Assembly (NCBI GenBank): GCA_012840395.1
Contig: DULL01000010.1
Span: 16,264-80,263 of the forward strand
Direction of reading: 5' to 3'
Length of the DNA: 64,000 nucleotides
Source: Clostridiaceae bacterium
GTDB lineage: Bacteria > Bacillota > Clostridia > Acetivibrionales > DULL01
Shown piece after piece: positions 1 through 9,239 of the stretch; the stretch's first letter is position 1; every line of letters begins with the position of its first letter. Both the position numbers and the translations under genes were made by a program. The notes under the pieces were generated by a model. It saw only the letters and a program-made list of their open reading frames with translations, was not told the origin of the DNA and made no database searches.

Positions 1-1
1 A

Positions 2-376
2 AAGATTGCAGGTTTTGCAAACGATGACATGCATATATTTAACAGGACAGGTGGAGCCTTTAATATGGTTTTGGCTGCAGAAAGAAGCCGGTACTGTATA
101 ATGGATGGCATTATTAATGATAGATTTTATGCATCTACCGGGATTATAATAGATTCTATAGAGGTTGCAGAGAAAGCAATTTATATAAAAACCTCATTAC
201 CTGTAATTTTTAGATTTATTGGAAAAGGGCCCGTAATTTTAAAAGAGCAATTTGGAACTGAAGCTCATTATATATGTAAAGATAATGAGCCATATGTGCG
301 TGTGGAAATGATCAGGGAGGACGGAGCCATGGCATGGACGCAACCTTTTTATAATACAATGGCAGTCAAATTCTAA
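2..376 (+). CDS. C-terminal part of a gene that begins upstream of the window; tentative PHP/CehA-McbA-like metallohydrolase tail
   Basis: The frame is open from base 2 ([11 protein letters not shown]...), so the ATG at 29 in the ORF track is internal. GFANDDMH resembles the last metal-binding motif of PHP-type phosphoesterases. No stronger motif is visible. Confidence 0.35.
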   Translation, partial: KIAGFANDDMHIFNRTGGAFNMVLAAERSRYCIMDGIINDRFYASTGIIIDSIEVAEKAIYIKTSLPVIFRFIGKGPVILKEQFGTEAHYICKDNEPYVRVEMIREDGAMAWTQPFYNTMAVKF

Positions 377-402
377 TACTGATAATCTCTTATACTTGGA
401 GG

Positions 403-1407
403 ATGGAAATGAACAGACCAATAATAGGTATACCTATGGGTGATCCGGCTGGTATAGGCCCGGAAATAGTATTAAAGGCACTTAGAAACAAAGAATTATA
501 CGGTATTTGTAAGCCATTGATAATTGGAGATATAAGAGTTTTAAAGCATATTGATACTGTCATAGGTTCAGGACTTGTATTGAATTCAGTATCTCATCCG
601 GATCAGGGTATTTACAGCCCTGGAACTGCTGACGTATTATCTTTAGACAACGTGGAATTGTCAAAACTTAAATACGGCAAAGTACTGGCTATGGCTGGTA
701 AAGCCGCATATGATTATATTGTTGAGTCGGCAAGATTGGCCTCATCCGGCGAAATAAGGGCAATTGCTACAGCTCCTATAAATAAGGAGGCTATAAAGAA
801 TGCCGGTATTAAATTCATAGGACATACTGAAATGTATGCCGCTCTTACAAATACCAATGATCCCTTAACCATGTTTGAAGTAAGGAACATGAGGGTGTTT
901 TTCCTTTCAAGGCACGTCTCCCTAAGAGAAGCCTGCAATATGGTAACAAAAGACCGGATTGTAGATTATCTGGTACGATGCAACCAGGCTTTAACGCAGC
1001 TTGGACTTAAGAAGAAAGTTATTGCTGTTGCAGGGCTCAATCCCCATAATGGTGAGAATGGACTATTTGGAGATGAGGAAGTAAATCATATTATACCTGC
1101 TGTAAATGAGGCAAGAGAGAAAGGGATCGATGCAGTAGGACCTGTTCCTGCAGATTCTGTTTTTGCTCAGGCTTTAAAGGGTAAATATGATGCAGTTCTG
1201 TCTCTTTATCATGATCAGGGTCACATAGCAACAAAAACCGTTGATTTTGAGAGAACCATTTCTTTGACCATCGGCATGCCTTTTTTGAGAACTTCAGTGG
1301 ATCATGGAACTGCTTTCGATATAGCGGGAAAAGGAATAGCCAGCTCTGTAAGTATGGAGGAAGCCATTAGATTGGCGGCCTTATACGGAAAGAACTATGG
1401 AATTTGA
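403..1407 (+). CDS. pdxA: PdxA-family NAD-dependent 4-hydroxythreonine-4-phosphate dehydrogenase-like oxidoreductase
   Basis: [22 protein letters not shown] and [14 protein letters not shown] motifs are typical of the PdxA family. GGAGG lies directly upstream; the second ATG at 409 has better spacing. Confidence 0.9.
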   Translation: MEMNRPIIGIPMGDPAGIGPEIVLKALRNKELYGICKPLIIGDIRVLKHIDTVIGSGLVLNSVSHPDQGIYSPGTADVLSLDNVELSKLKYGKVLAMAGKAAYDYIVESARLASSGEIRAIATAPINKEAIKNAGIKFIGHTEMYAALTNTNDPLTMFEVRNMRVFFLSRHVSLREACNMVTKDRIVDYLVRCNQALTQLGLKKKVIAVAGLNPHNGENGLFGDEEVNHIIPAVNEAREKGIDAVGPVPADSVFAQALKGKYDAVLSLYHDQGHIATKTVDFERTISLTIGMPFLRTSVDHGTAFDIAGKGIASSVSMEEAIRLAALYGKNYGI

Positions 1408-1540
1408 TTAGAAGCGACTATTAAATAATTGCATACCTTGCTAAAAATTGTATAATTGGGTAATATTAAATAATAGTATTAAACAACAATTTTTTAACGC
1501 GTGGACTTGTTATTTGTATAAAGTGAAGCGGGAGGACAGG

Positions 1541-3382
1541 ATGACAGTAAGACTAACAGATGAAATACTTCAGAGTGTAGAAAAACCTTCAAGATACATT
1601 GGCAATGAATGGAATAGTGTTCATAAAAACACCGGAGAAATAAAAGTCAGATTCGCTTTTTGTTTCCCTGATATATATGAGATAGGCATGTCCCATCTTG
1701 GTATGAAAATATTATATCATTTGCTGAATGAAAGACCGGATACCTGGTGTGAAAGAGTATTCGCACCCTGGGTGGATATGGAAAGAATAATGAGGAGTGA
1801 GAATATCCCTCTCTTTGCACTGGAATCTCATGATCCGGTAAAAGATTTTGACATGTTGGGATTTACCTTGCAATATGAAATGAGTTATACAAATATTGTC
1901 AATATGCTTGACCTTGCAGGTATACCAATCAGAGCATCCCAAAGAGGAGAAAATCATCCATTCGTCTGTGCAGGAGGACCTTGTGCCTATAATCCGGAGC
2001 CTCTTGCAGAGGTAATTGACTTTTTCCTTATAGGAGAAGGAGAAGATGCAATTAATGAGATTATTGACACATATATATCCTGGAAAGGTAAAAAGCTGCC
2101 AAGGAAAAACTTCTTAGAAATGGTAGCTGCCATAGAAGGGGTATATGTCCCGTCTTTTTATGATATAAATTATAATTCCGACGGCACAATTAAAGAAATA
2201 ATACCCAAAAGTGACAGGTATCCGGCCAAAATAAGAAAACGGATAATAATAAACCTTGATGATGTATATTACCCTGAAAAGCCCATAGTTCCTTTTACAG
2301 GAATTGTTCATGACAGAATAATGCTGGAGGTTTTCAGAGGGTGTATAAGAGGTTGCAGATTTTGCCAGGCTGGTTATGTTTACAGGCCAGTAAGGGAGAA
2401 ATCTTCAGGGAAACTTACAGAAACCGCAAAAAAATTGGTAGAAAGTACCGGCTATGATGAAATATCTTTAACATCTTTAAGTACCAGCGACTATACCTCT
2501 CTTGAAGAACTGACCCAGAATCTTATTGATGACATGGAGCCAAAGAAAGTAAGCCTTTCACTCCCATCGCTGAGAATAGATTCTTTTTCCCTGAATTTGA
2601 TGGAAAAAGCTCAGAAAGTAAGAAAGGGAGGACTAACTTTTGCACCTGAAGCAGGGACTCAAAGATTGAGAGATGTCATTAATAAAGGTGTAACAGAAGA
2701 AGATCTGATGAATTCTGTTTCTACCGCTTTTTTAGGCGGTTGGGGCAGTGTCAAGCTATATTTCATGCTGGGTCTTCCTACAGAAACCGCTGAAGATATA
2801 GAAGGCATTGGAGATCTTGCGGAGAAGGTTGTAAAAATTTACAGGGAGACACCAAAAGAGAAAAGAGGAAAAAAACTGGAAGTTACTGTGAGCACTTCTT
2901 ATTTCGTTCCAAAGCCATTCACCCCTTTTCAGTGGGAAGCTCAGGATACCATGGAAGTTTTGAGAGAAAAACAGAAAATACTAAAAAATAAGATTAAGAA
3001 CAGAGCTATAATTTTTACCTGGAATGATCCTGAACTCAGTTTTTTAGAAGCTGTTTATGCGAGAGGAGACAGAAGGACAGGTGAAGTTCTTATTAAAGCA
3101 TGGGAAAAAGGATGCAAATTTGACAGCTGGGATGAAAACTTTAAATTTAATAAATGGATGGAAGCCTTTAATGAATGTGGTATAGATCCAACCTTCTATG
3201 CAAACAGAAAAAGAGAGTATGATGAGATTTTTCCATGGGAACACATAGATATAGGCGTGACCAAACAGCATTTAATTAGAGAAAATAAAAAAGCCTATCA
3301 GGGGAAATTAACGGAAAATTGCAGGGTAAATTGTTCGGGATGTGGAGCAGCCATATTTGGGGGAGGTATATGTATTGAGTAG
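1541..3382 (+). CDS. B12-binding-domain radical SAM protein, TIGR03960-type (function unknown)
   Basis: CIRGCRFC is a CX3CX2C radical-SAM cluster motif, and the protein is about 610 aa. ATG at 1541 follows GGGAGGACAGG. The TTG at 1448 in the ORF track adds an implausible leader. Confidence 0.9.
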   Translation: MTVRLTDEILQSVEKPSRYIGNEWNSVHKNTGEIKVRFAFCFPDIYEIGMSHLGMKILYHLLNERPDTWCERVFAPWVDMERIMRSENIPLFALESHDPVKDFDMLGFTLQYEMSYTNIVNMLDLAGIPIRASQRGENHPFVCAGGPCAYNPEPLAEVIDFFLIGEGEDAINEIIDTYISWKGKKLPRKNFLEMVAAIEGVYVPSFYDINYNSDGTIKEIIPKSDRYPAKIRKRIIINLDDVYYPEKPIVPFTGIVHDRIMLEVFRGCIRGCRFCQAGYVYRPVREKSSGKLTETAKKLVESTGYDEISLTSLSTSDYTSLEELTQNLIDDMEPKKVSLSLPSLRIDSFSLNLMEKAQKVRKGGLTFAPEAGTQRLRDVINKGVTEEDLMNSVSTAFLGGWGSVKLYFMLGLPTETAEDIEGIGDLAEKVVKIYRETPKEKRGKKLEVTVSTSYFVPKPFTPFQWEAQDTMEVLREKQKILKNKIKNRAIIFTWNDPELSFLEAVYARGDRRTGEVLIKAWEKGCKFDSWDENFKFNKWMEAFNECGIDPTFYANRKREYDEIFPWEHIDIGVTKQHLIRENKKAYQGKLTENCRVNCSGCGAAIFGGGICIE

Positions 3383-4136
3383 TATTAGGGTAAAGTTTAC
3401 ACGCGGTGATGAAGTTAAGTATATTTCACACCTGGATATGATGAAGGCATTTGAAAGAGCTCTAAGACGTTCCGGATTACCAATTTCTTATTCCCAGGGT
3501 TTTAATCCTCACCCGAAAATGGTTTTCGGTTTACCCCTGTCTGTAGGAGTGACCAGTGAAGCAGAATATGCTGATTTTGAGCTGGAAGAGATAATTGAAA
3601 CCAGGGAGTTTATGGAAAGGCTAAATTCGCAACTCCCTTCAGGATTAAAAATTATTGATGCTAGGGAGAAAAAAACAAAAGGCAATATCATGGCGGAGAT
3701 TTGCAGAGCATCCTATAGTATAAGAGTGATTTCTGAAAAGGATACAAGCCTTGAAGAAATTAATAAAGGTATAGAACAATTTATGAATAAACAAGAAATA
3801 ATTGTAAAAAAGGAAACAAAGAGCAAGGTGAAGGATACTGATATCAGAAAGATGATATTTTTCATGCAGGTTCTTCCCTTGGATTTAACCAAAAATAAGA
3901 CTTCATATAATATGACATTAGAAAATATGACTTCAGAAAACTGCAGCAATAAGAAAACCATGTATGAATTAAAACTTACCCTTAGCGCAGGCAGTAAGGC
4001 AAACTTAAAGCCGGAGCTCTTAATAGAGGCTTTTAACAGTGTATCAGGCCAGAAACTAATCATTAAAAAAATCCATAGAACTGAATTATTTGTTGATATA
4101 AATGGAAAAGCCTCTGACCCTATGATAGTATGTTAA
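3375..4136 (+). CDS. Radical-SAM-linked protein (TIGR03936 / DUF2344 type)
   Basis: N-terminus IRVKFTRGDEVKYISHLDMMKAFERALRRSGLP matches my recollection of the family. The probable TTG start at 3375 sits behind GGGGGAGG and overlaps the stop of the radical SAM gene. The ATG at 3342 is the alternative start. Confidence 0.8.
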   Translation: MSSIRVKFTRGDEVKYISHLDMMKAFERALRRSGLPISYSQGFNPHPKMVFGLPLSVGVTSEAEYADFELEEIIETREFMERLNSQLPSGLKIIDAREKKTKGNIMAEICRASYSIRVISEKDTSLEEINKGIEQFMNKQEIIVKKETKSKVKDTDIRKMIFFMQVLPLDLTKNKTSYNMTLENMTSENCSNKKTMYELKLTLSAGSKANLKPELLIEAFNSVSGQKLIIKKIHRTELFVDINGKASDPMIVC

Positions 4137-4164
4137 ATGGTATATACTGTTTTGAGGTGGTTGA

Positions 4165-5454
4165 ATGTCAAACGAAATACTCGTTGATGTAGGAATTGAT
4201 GAAACAAGGGTCGCACTTATCGAAAATAGAGAATTAGTTGAATTTTATATTGAAAGAACTAGCTCTGAAAGACTCGTAGGCAATATTTACAGGGGAAAAG
4301 TTTCAAGTATTCTTCCGGGAATGCAGGCAGCCTTTATAGATATTGGATATGAAAAAAATGCTTTTTTATATGTGGGAGACGCATCCGCTAGAACGAATTA
4401 TGCAGAAGAGGAAGAAGAGCTTTTTGAGGAGGGCGGAGAGTTTCATATTGAAGATATACTGGTACCAGGTCAGGAAATCACTGTTCAGGTGATCAAGGAA
4501 CCTATTGGAAATAAAGGCCCTAGAGTTACAACGTATATAACACTTCCGGGAAGGTATTTGGTTTTACTTCCTAATGCTAATTATATTGGTATTTCAAGAA
4601 GGATAGAAAACGAAGAAGAAAGGAATAAACTAAAAAAAATTGCTGAAGAAATTAAGCCTGATGGAATGGGACTAATAGTCAGGACTGTTTCAGAAGGTAT
4701 GGTGGCTGAAGATTTTAAACAGGATCTAAACTTTCTTTGCAAACTTTGGGAATCAATAAAGCAAAGGGAGAGAGTCTCTTCTGCACCCCGCTGCTTACAT
4801 AGGGATTTTAACCTTGTATACAGGGCAGTAAGGGATTTATTCACTAAAGATATTACCAGGTTTATAATAAATGACCGTCAGGAATATAAAAAAGTTCTTG
4901 AATACGTAGAAATGATTTCACCTGGTCTTAAATACCGTGTTGAATATTTTAATAATGGATATAATTTATTTGATTTTTACCAGGTTGAATCAAAGATCAT
5001 GAAAGCTCTCTCAAGGAAAGTATGGCTCAAGTGCGGGGGATATCTTGTCATTGACAGAACTGAGGCTCTTACCGTTATAGATGTAAATACAGGGAAGTAT
5101 ACCGGCAAAAACAGTCTGGAGGATACAGTTCTAAAAACCAATCTGGAAGCTGCAAAGGAGATCGCAAAGCAGCTCAGGCTCAGGGATATAGGCGGCATTA
5201 TTATAATTGACTTTATTGATATGCATGAGGAAAGTCATCAGCAAATGGTTTTGGATGAATTAAAACAGTCATTGAAGAAGGACAGAACCAAAACCACCGT
5301 TGTGGGAATGACAGGCCTGGGGCTTATAGAGATGACCAGAAAAAAAGTAAGGCAGGAGCTGCAGACAATGTTAAATGTAGACTGCCCTTATTGTAATGGT
5401 ACTGGTAAAACTCTTTTATCTGAACCAGTTGAAAAAAATACATTATATAGATAA
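4165..5454 (+). CDS. rng: Rne/Rng-family ribonuclease (RNase G)
   Basis: S1 domain GNIYRGKVSSILPGMQAAFIDIG, catalytic region IIIDFIDM, C-terminal CPYCNGTG. Confidence 0.92.
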   Translation: MSNEILVDVGIDETRVALIENRELVEFYIERTSSERLVGNIYRGKVSSILPGMQAAFIDIGYEKNAFLYVGDASARTNYAEEEEELFEEGGEFHIEDILVPGQEITVQVIKEPIGNKGPRVTTYITLPGRYLVLLPNANYIGISRRIENEEERNKLKKIAEEIKPDGMGLIVRTVSEGMVAEDFKQDLNFLCKLWESIKQRERVSSAPRCLHRDFNLVYRAVRDLFTKDITRFIINDRQEYKKVLEYVEMISPGLKYRVEYFNNGYNLFDFYQVESKIMKALSRKVWLKCGGYLVIDRTEALTVIDVNTGKYTGKNSLEDTVLKTNLEAAKEIAKQLRLRDIGGIIIIDFIDMHEESHQQMVLDELKQSLKKDRTKTTVVGMTGLGLIEMTRKKVRQELQTMLNVDCPYCNGTGKTLLSEPVEKNTLYR

Positions 5455-5475
5455 TCCAATTAATGGGAGGTTTTT

Positions 5476-5892
5476 ATGAAAAGCTACAGAAAGGAATTAT
5501 GGTTTGAAACAAAAAAAAGGAGAGAGTTTATAAATATAACTCCAATCATTGAAAACTGTCTCAGAGAAAGCGGAATAAAAGAAGGATTGCTCTTATGTAA
5601 TGCCATGCATATTACTTCAAGTGTATTTATTAACGATGATGAAAGCGGACTCCATAAAGATTTTGAAATTTTTTTGGAGAAGCTCGCCCCTGAAAAACCT
5701 TATGATCAGTATTATCATAACGGATTCGAAGACAATGCTGATGCCCATTTAAAGAGAACTATAATGGGCAGGGAGGTAGTTGTCGCAATTACAGGAGGAA
5801 AGCTGGACTTCGGACCCTGGGAGCAAATTTTTTATGGAGAATTTGACGGAAAGAGAAGGAAAAGAGTCCTTGTTAAAATTATAGGAGAATGA
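5476..5892 (+). CDS. yjbQ: YjbQ/UPF0047 family secondary thiamine-phosphate synthase
   Basis: 138 aa with [19 protein letters not shown] and NADAHLKRT motifs of UPF0047. GGGAGG RBS. Confidence 0.85.
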   Translation: MKSYRKELWFETKKRREFINITPIIENCLRESGIKEGLLLCNAMHITSSVFINDDESGLHKDFEIFLEKLAPEKPYDQYYHNGFEDNADAHLKRTIMGREVVVAITGGKLDFGPWEQIFYGEFDGKRRKRVLVKIIGE

Positions 5893-5911
5893 GTAAGCAT
5901 TTTTCAAAGGC

Positions 5912-5940
5912 TTGACATTATTTAATAGTTGTACTAATAT
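5912..5940 (+). promoter_or_regulatory. Sigma-A type promoter for the TPP-riboswitch operon
   Basis: TTGACA (5912-5917), 17-nt spacer, TAATAT (5935-5940), about 20 nt before the riboswitch. Confidence 0.6.
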
Positions 5941-5960
5941 TGTTATAAAATAAATAATAT

Positions 5961-6050
5961 ACTTGGGGAGCTGAATTAATTCGGCTGAGAGGGAACTGTA
6001 TGGTTCCGACCCATATTACCTGAACCGGATAATGCCGGCGGAGGGAAGAT
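5961..6050 (+). ncRNA. TPP (THI-box) riboswitch aptamer
   Basis: GGGGAGC...GGCTGAGAGGG...ACCTGAACCGGATAATGCCGGCGGAGGGAAG contains the conserved CUGAGA and ACCUGA...GGAUAAUGCC elements. Confidence 0.92.
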
Positions 6051-6081
6051 ATTATCGAAATAAATAATTGGACAATATTTT

Positions 6082-6127
6082 ACCCTTTATTTCCGGTTCG
6101 GGAGTAAAGGGTTATTTATTTGTTTTC
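6082..6127 (+). terminator. Intrinsic terminator (TPP riboswitch expression platform)
   Basis: ACCCTTTA...TAAAGGGT hairpin followed by TATTTATTTGTTTT. Confidence 0.75.
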
Positions 6128-6207
6128 TAAATTATTGTATTAGCTTAAATAATCTGGATTATTTAAGGAACAATATACAAACGACTAAAAAAAGCGAGGA
6201 GAAGGAT

Positions 6208-6498
6208 ATGTCGATAGCAAACGTAAGTTTACAGGTACTTCCGAAAGTTCCAGATGAAAAACTTTATTATGTTGTTGACAAAGTTATTGAATATATTCAG
6301 GCAAGCGGAGTAAAGTATGAGGTTGGACCAATGGAAACAACAATGGAAGGCGAGCTGGACCACCTGATGGAAATAGTAAAGGAAGCTCAGCATATTTGTA
6401 TAAAACATGGAGCAACAGGGGTAATATCAGTTGTAAAAATAGAATACAAGCCTGAAGGCGTGAGTATTGATGAAAAAATCAGGAAATATAGAAAATAA
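6208..6498 (+). CDS. MTH1187/YkoF-family thiamine-binding protein
   Basis: 96 aa with SLQVLP...GPMETTMEG pattern (DUF77 fold). First gene behind the TPP riboswitch. Confidence 0.8.
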   Translation: MSIANVSLQVLPKVPDEKLYYVVDKVIEYIQASGVKYEVGPMETTMEGELDHLMEIVKEAQHICIKHGATGVISVVKIEYKPEGVSIDEKIRKYRK

Positions 6499-7261
6499 GA
6501 TTATACCTCTTGCTTTTACAGCTATCCTTGTGGTACTGTGGACAGTGGTTGTTGAAAATGGTATGGTGGAAAGATTCATACTTCCATCTCCTATAGATAT
6601 TGTTATTGTACTTGCGGATATGTTCCCCGATGTACTGGAGCATCTTGCGATAACGCTCAAGGAAGCTTTTTTAGGATTTGGAGCGGCTGTTATTTTCTCA
6701 TTAATAATAGCCCTGCTGATGGATAATGTAATCATTATCAGAAAAGCAGTTTATCCTTTGCTGGTAGTGTCGCAGACTATACCAACTATTGCTCTTGCGC
6801 CATTGTTTGCGGTATGGTTTGGTTTAGGGCTTCTTCCTAAAGTAATAGTAGTCTTTCTTGTTTGCTTCTTTCCTATAGTTGTGAGCCTGGTAGATGGTTT
6901 GGATTCAGTAGATACAGACCTGCTGAACTTATTTAAAACGATGGGTGCAAAGAAAGTACAGATTTTCAGATATTTAAAGCTGCCTGCGTCAATGGTGAAC
7001 TTTTTTTCCGGTCTGAGAATTGCAGCTACCTATAGTATTATGGGGGCTGTAATAGCTGAGTGGCTTGGCGGAGAAAAGGGAATAGGAATATATATGCTAA
7101 GAGTCAAACATTCATATGCTCTGGATAAGATGTTTGCAGCTGTATTACTTATAGTAATTTTAAGCCTGGGATTGTTCAAAGCAATCTCACTGTTGGAGAA
7201 TGTAACAATGCCATGGTATAAGCTATTTAAAGATAATAATTCGGGAGGTAAGAATTTATGA
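6470..7261 (+). CDS. ABC transporter permease (NitT/TauT-type, ThiX-like)
   Basis: Six-TM BPD-type permease translation. ATG at 6470 follows the TTG listed at 6467. Confidence 0.88.
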   Translation: MKKSGNIENKIIPLAFTAILVVLWTVVVENGMVERFILPSPIDIVIVLADMFPDVLEHLAITLKEAFLGFGAAVIFSLIIALLMDNVIIIRKAVYPLLVVSQTIPTIALAPLFAVWFGLGLLPKVIVVFLVCFFPIVVSLVDGLDSVDTDLLNLFKTMGAKKVQIFRYLKLPASMVNFFSGLRIAATYSIMGAVIAEWLGGEKGIGIYMLRVKHSYALDKMFAAVLLIVILSLGLFKAISLLENVTMPWYKLFKDNNSGGKNL

Positions 7262-8298
7262 AAATAAAGAATAAAATATTTACTTTTTCTATAATAATAA
7301 TCTTTGCAATAATACTGATAACAGGATGTACCTCTAAAGGTCAGAAGGATACTCAAAACAATCAAAATAATAGTAACCAGGAAGAGAATAAAGCAGAGCT
7401 TGAAAATATCACGATTGTTCTTGACTGGGTTCCAAATACAAATCATACAGGTTTATATGTAGCAAAAGATAAAGGGTATTATGAGGAAGAAGGCTTAAAT
7501 GTAAATATTCTTCAACCCTCCGAAGGAGGAAGCGCAGCTTTGGTGGCAGCAGGACAAGCTCATTTCGGAATAAGCTATCAGGAAGAAGTTACATACGCAA
7601 GAACTGCAAAAGATCCATTACCAATAAAGGCAGTTGCCGCAATCATTCAGCATAATACTTCCGGATTTGCTTCACCGGTATCAAAAGGCATACAAAGTCC
7701 TAAAGATTTTGAAGGAAAGAGATACGGAGGATGGGGTTCTCCAACAGAAGAAGCAATGCTGAAAGGACTTATGCAAAAAGTTGGAGGAGATTTCAGCAAA
7801 ATAAGCATGGTTAATATAGGCGAAGCTGATTTCTTTGCAGCAACACAAAGAGATGTAGATTTTGCATGGATATACTATGGCTGGGATGGAGTTGCATCAG
7901 AAATAAAAAATATTCCCATTAATTTTATAAAATTGCAGGATGTTGTACCTGAATTGGATTTCTATACTCCGGTTATTATTTCAAGTGAAAATTTCCTGGA
8001 GAAAAATCCTGAGATTGCAAGTAAATTTCTAAAGGCTACCTCCAAAGGATATGAATATGCAATAAATAATCCTGAAGACGCAGTAAATTCACTGCTTAAG
8101 GCAGCTCCAGAAATTGATAAGGACATTGCTGTAGCAAGTCAAAAGTATCTGGCCAATGAATATATTTCAGATGCAGAAAAATGGGGCGTAATGAAAGAAG
8201 AAATTTGGGAGACATATGGAAACTGGATGTTTGAAAATGGACTGTTGGAGAGCAAACTTGATGTAAAAGGAGCTTTTACTAATGAATTTCTCCCATAA
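7258..8298 (+). CDS. NMT1/THI5-like ABC substrate-binding lipoprotein (ThiY-like, probable HMP/pyrimidine binding)
   Basis: Lipobox LITGC, LDWVPNTNHTGLYVAKDKGYYEEEGL motif of the NMT1/THI5 family. Start overlaps the permease stop (ATGA). Confidence 0.88.
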   Translation: MKIKNKIFTFSIIIIFAIILITGCTSKGQKDTQNNQNNSNQEENKAELENITIVLDWVPNTNHTGLYVAKDKGYYEEEGLNVNILQPSEGGSAALVAAGQAHFGISYQEEVTYARTAKDPLPIKAVAAIIQHNTSGFASPVSKGIQSPKDFEGKRYGGWGSPTEEAMLKGLMQKVGGDFSKISMVNIGEADFFAATQRDVDFAWIYYGWDGVASEIKNIPINFIKLQDVVPELDFYTPVIISSENFLEKNPEIASKFLKATSKGYEYAINNPEDAVNSLLKAAPEIDKDIAVASQKYLANEYISDAEKWGVMKEEIWETYGNWMFENGLLESKLDVKGAFTNEFLP

Positions 8299-9097
8299 TA
8301 TTGAATATGACAATTTAGGTAATAAAAATCATACAAATAATACTACAAAACTTCTAGTAAGTAATATAAGAAAGTCTTTTGGAGATGTTCTTGTAATTGA
8401 GGATGTTTCCCTGGCCTTGAAGGAAAATGAATTAGTATCTATTCTGGGTTTAAGCGGAAGCGGCAAGACGACAATTTTTAACATTATCTCAGGGATTATC
8501 TTGCCTGATAAGGGAGAAATTCTGATCGATGGTGAGAATTACACAGGTAAAACAGGGAAGGTTAGTTATATGTATCAGAAAGATCTGCTTCTTCCCTGGA
8601 GAAAAATAATAGATAATGTGTCTCTTCCCTTGGTTATAAAAGGGGAGAGGCCTAAAAAAGCAAGGGAGAAAGTAGCTGAATATTTTAAAATATTTGGATT
8701 GGAAGGTTTTGAATATAAATATCCTTTCCAGCTTTCAGGAGGCATGAAGCAAAGAGCCGCTCTTATGAGGACATATGTATTGTCCAGGGAAATAATGTTG
8801 TTGGATGAGCCTTTCGGAGGGCTGGATACAATAACAAAATCCAGGATGCATTCCTGGCTAATTGAAATATTACAAAAATTAAACACTTCTGTCCTTTTTA
8901 TTACCCATGATATTGAAGAAGCAATTTTCCTGTCAGATCGGATATATATCCTTACCGACAGGCCGGCAAAAGTGAAATACGAACTGAAAGTTGAACTTCC
9001 TAAACCAAGAAACAAGGATATAATTACTTCTGAGAAGTTTAATTCGATTAAAAGGCTTATACTTGATATTCTAAAAGAAGAAGGGACTTTGATTTAG
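8282..9097 (+). CDS. ABC transporter ATP-binding protein (ThiZ-like)
   Basis: Walker A GLSGSGKTT, signature LSGGMKQR, Walker B MLLDEPFGGLD. Confidence 0.92.
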   Translation: MNFSHNIEYDNLGNKNHTNNTTKLLVSNIRKSFGDVLVIEDVSLALKENELVSILGLSGSGKTTIFNIISGIILPDKGEILIDGENYTGKTGKVSYMYQKDLLLPWRKIIDNVSLPLVIKGERPKKAREKVAEYFKIFGLEGFEYKYPFQLSGGMKQRAALMRTYVLSREIMLLDEPFGGLDTITKSRMHSWLIEILQKLNTSVLFITHDIEEAIFLSDRIYILTDRPAKVKYELKVELPKPRNKDIITSEKFNSIKRLILDILKEEGTLI

Positions 9098-9183
9098 GAG
9101 CCTTATCGAGGAAGCGTATTCAAGCAGGAGGAACAACATTTCCTGCATTCAGAATACTTTTATGGGTAAATTATTTAAAGGCA

Positions 9184-9229
9184 GGTGCAGGTCTTTCGCT
9201 GTCTGCAGCTCAAGACCAGCGCCTGCGGT
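9184..9229. terminator. GC-rich long hairpin between convergent genes (possible bidirectional terminator)
   Basis: GCAGGTGC-A-GGTCTT ... AAGACC-A-GCGCCTGC gives about 14 bp of pairing. There is no clean U-tract on either side. Confidence 0.35.
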
Positions 9230-9239
9230 ACTTGTGATT

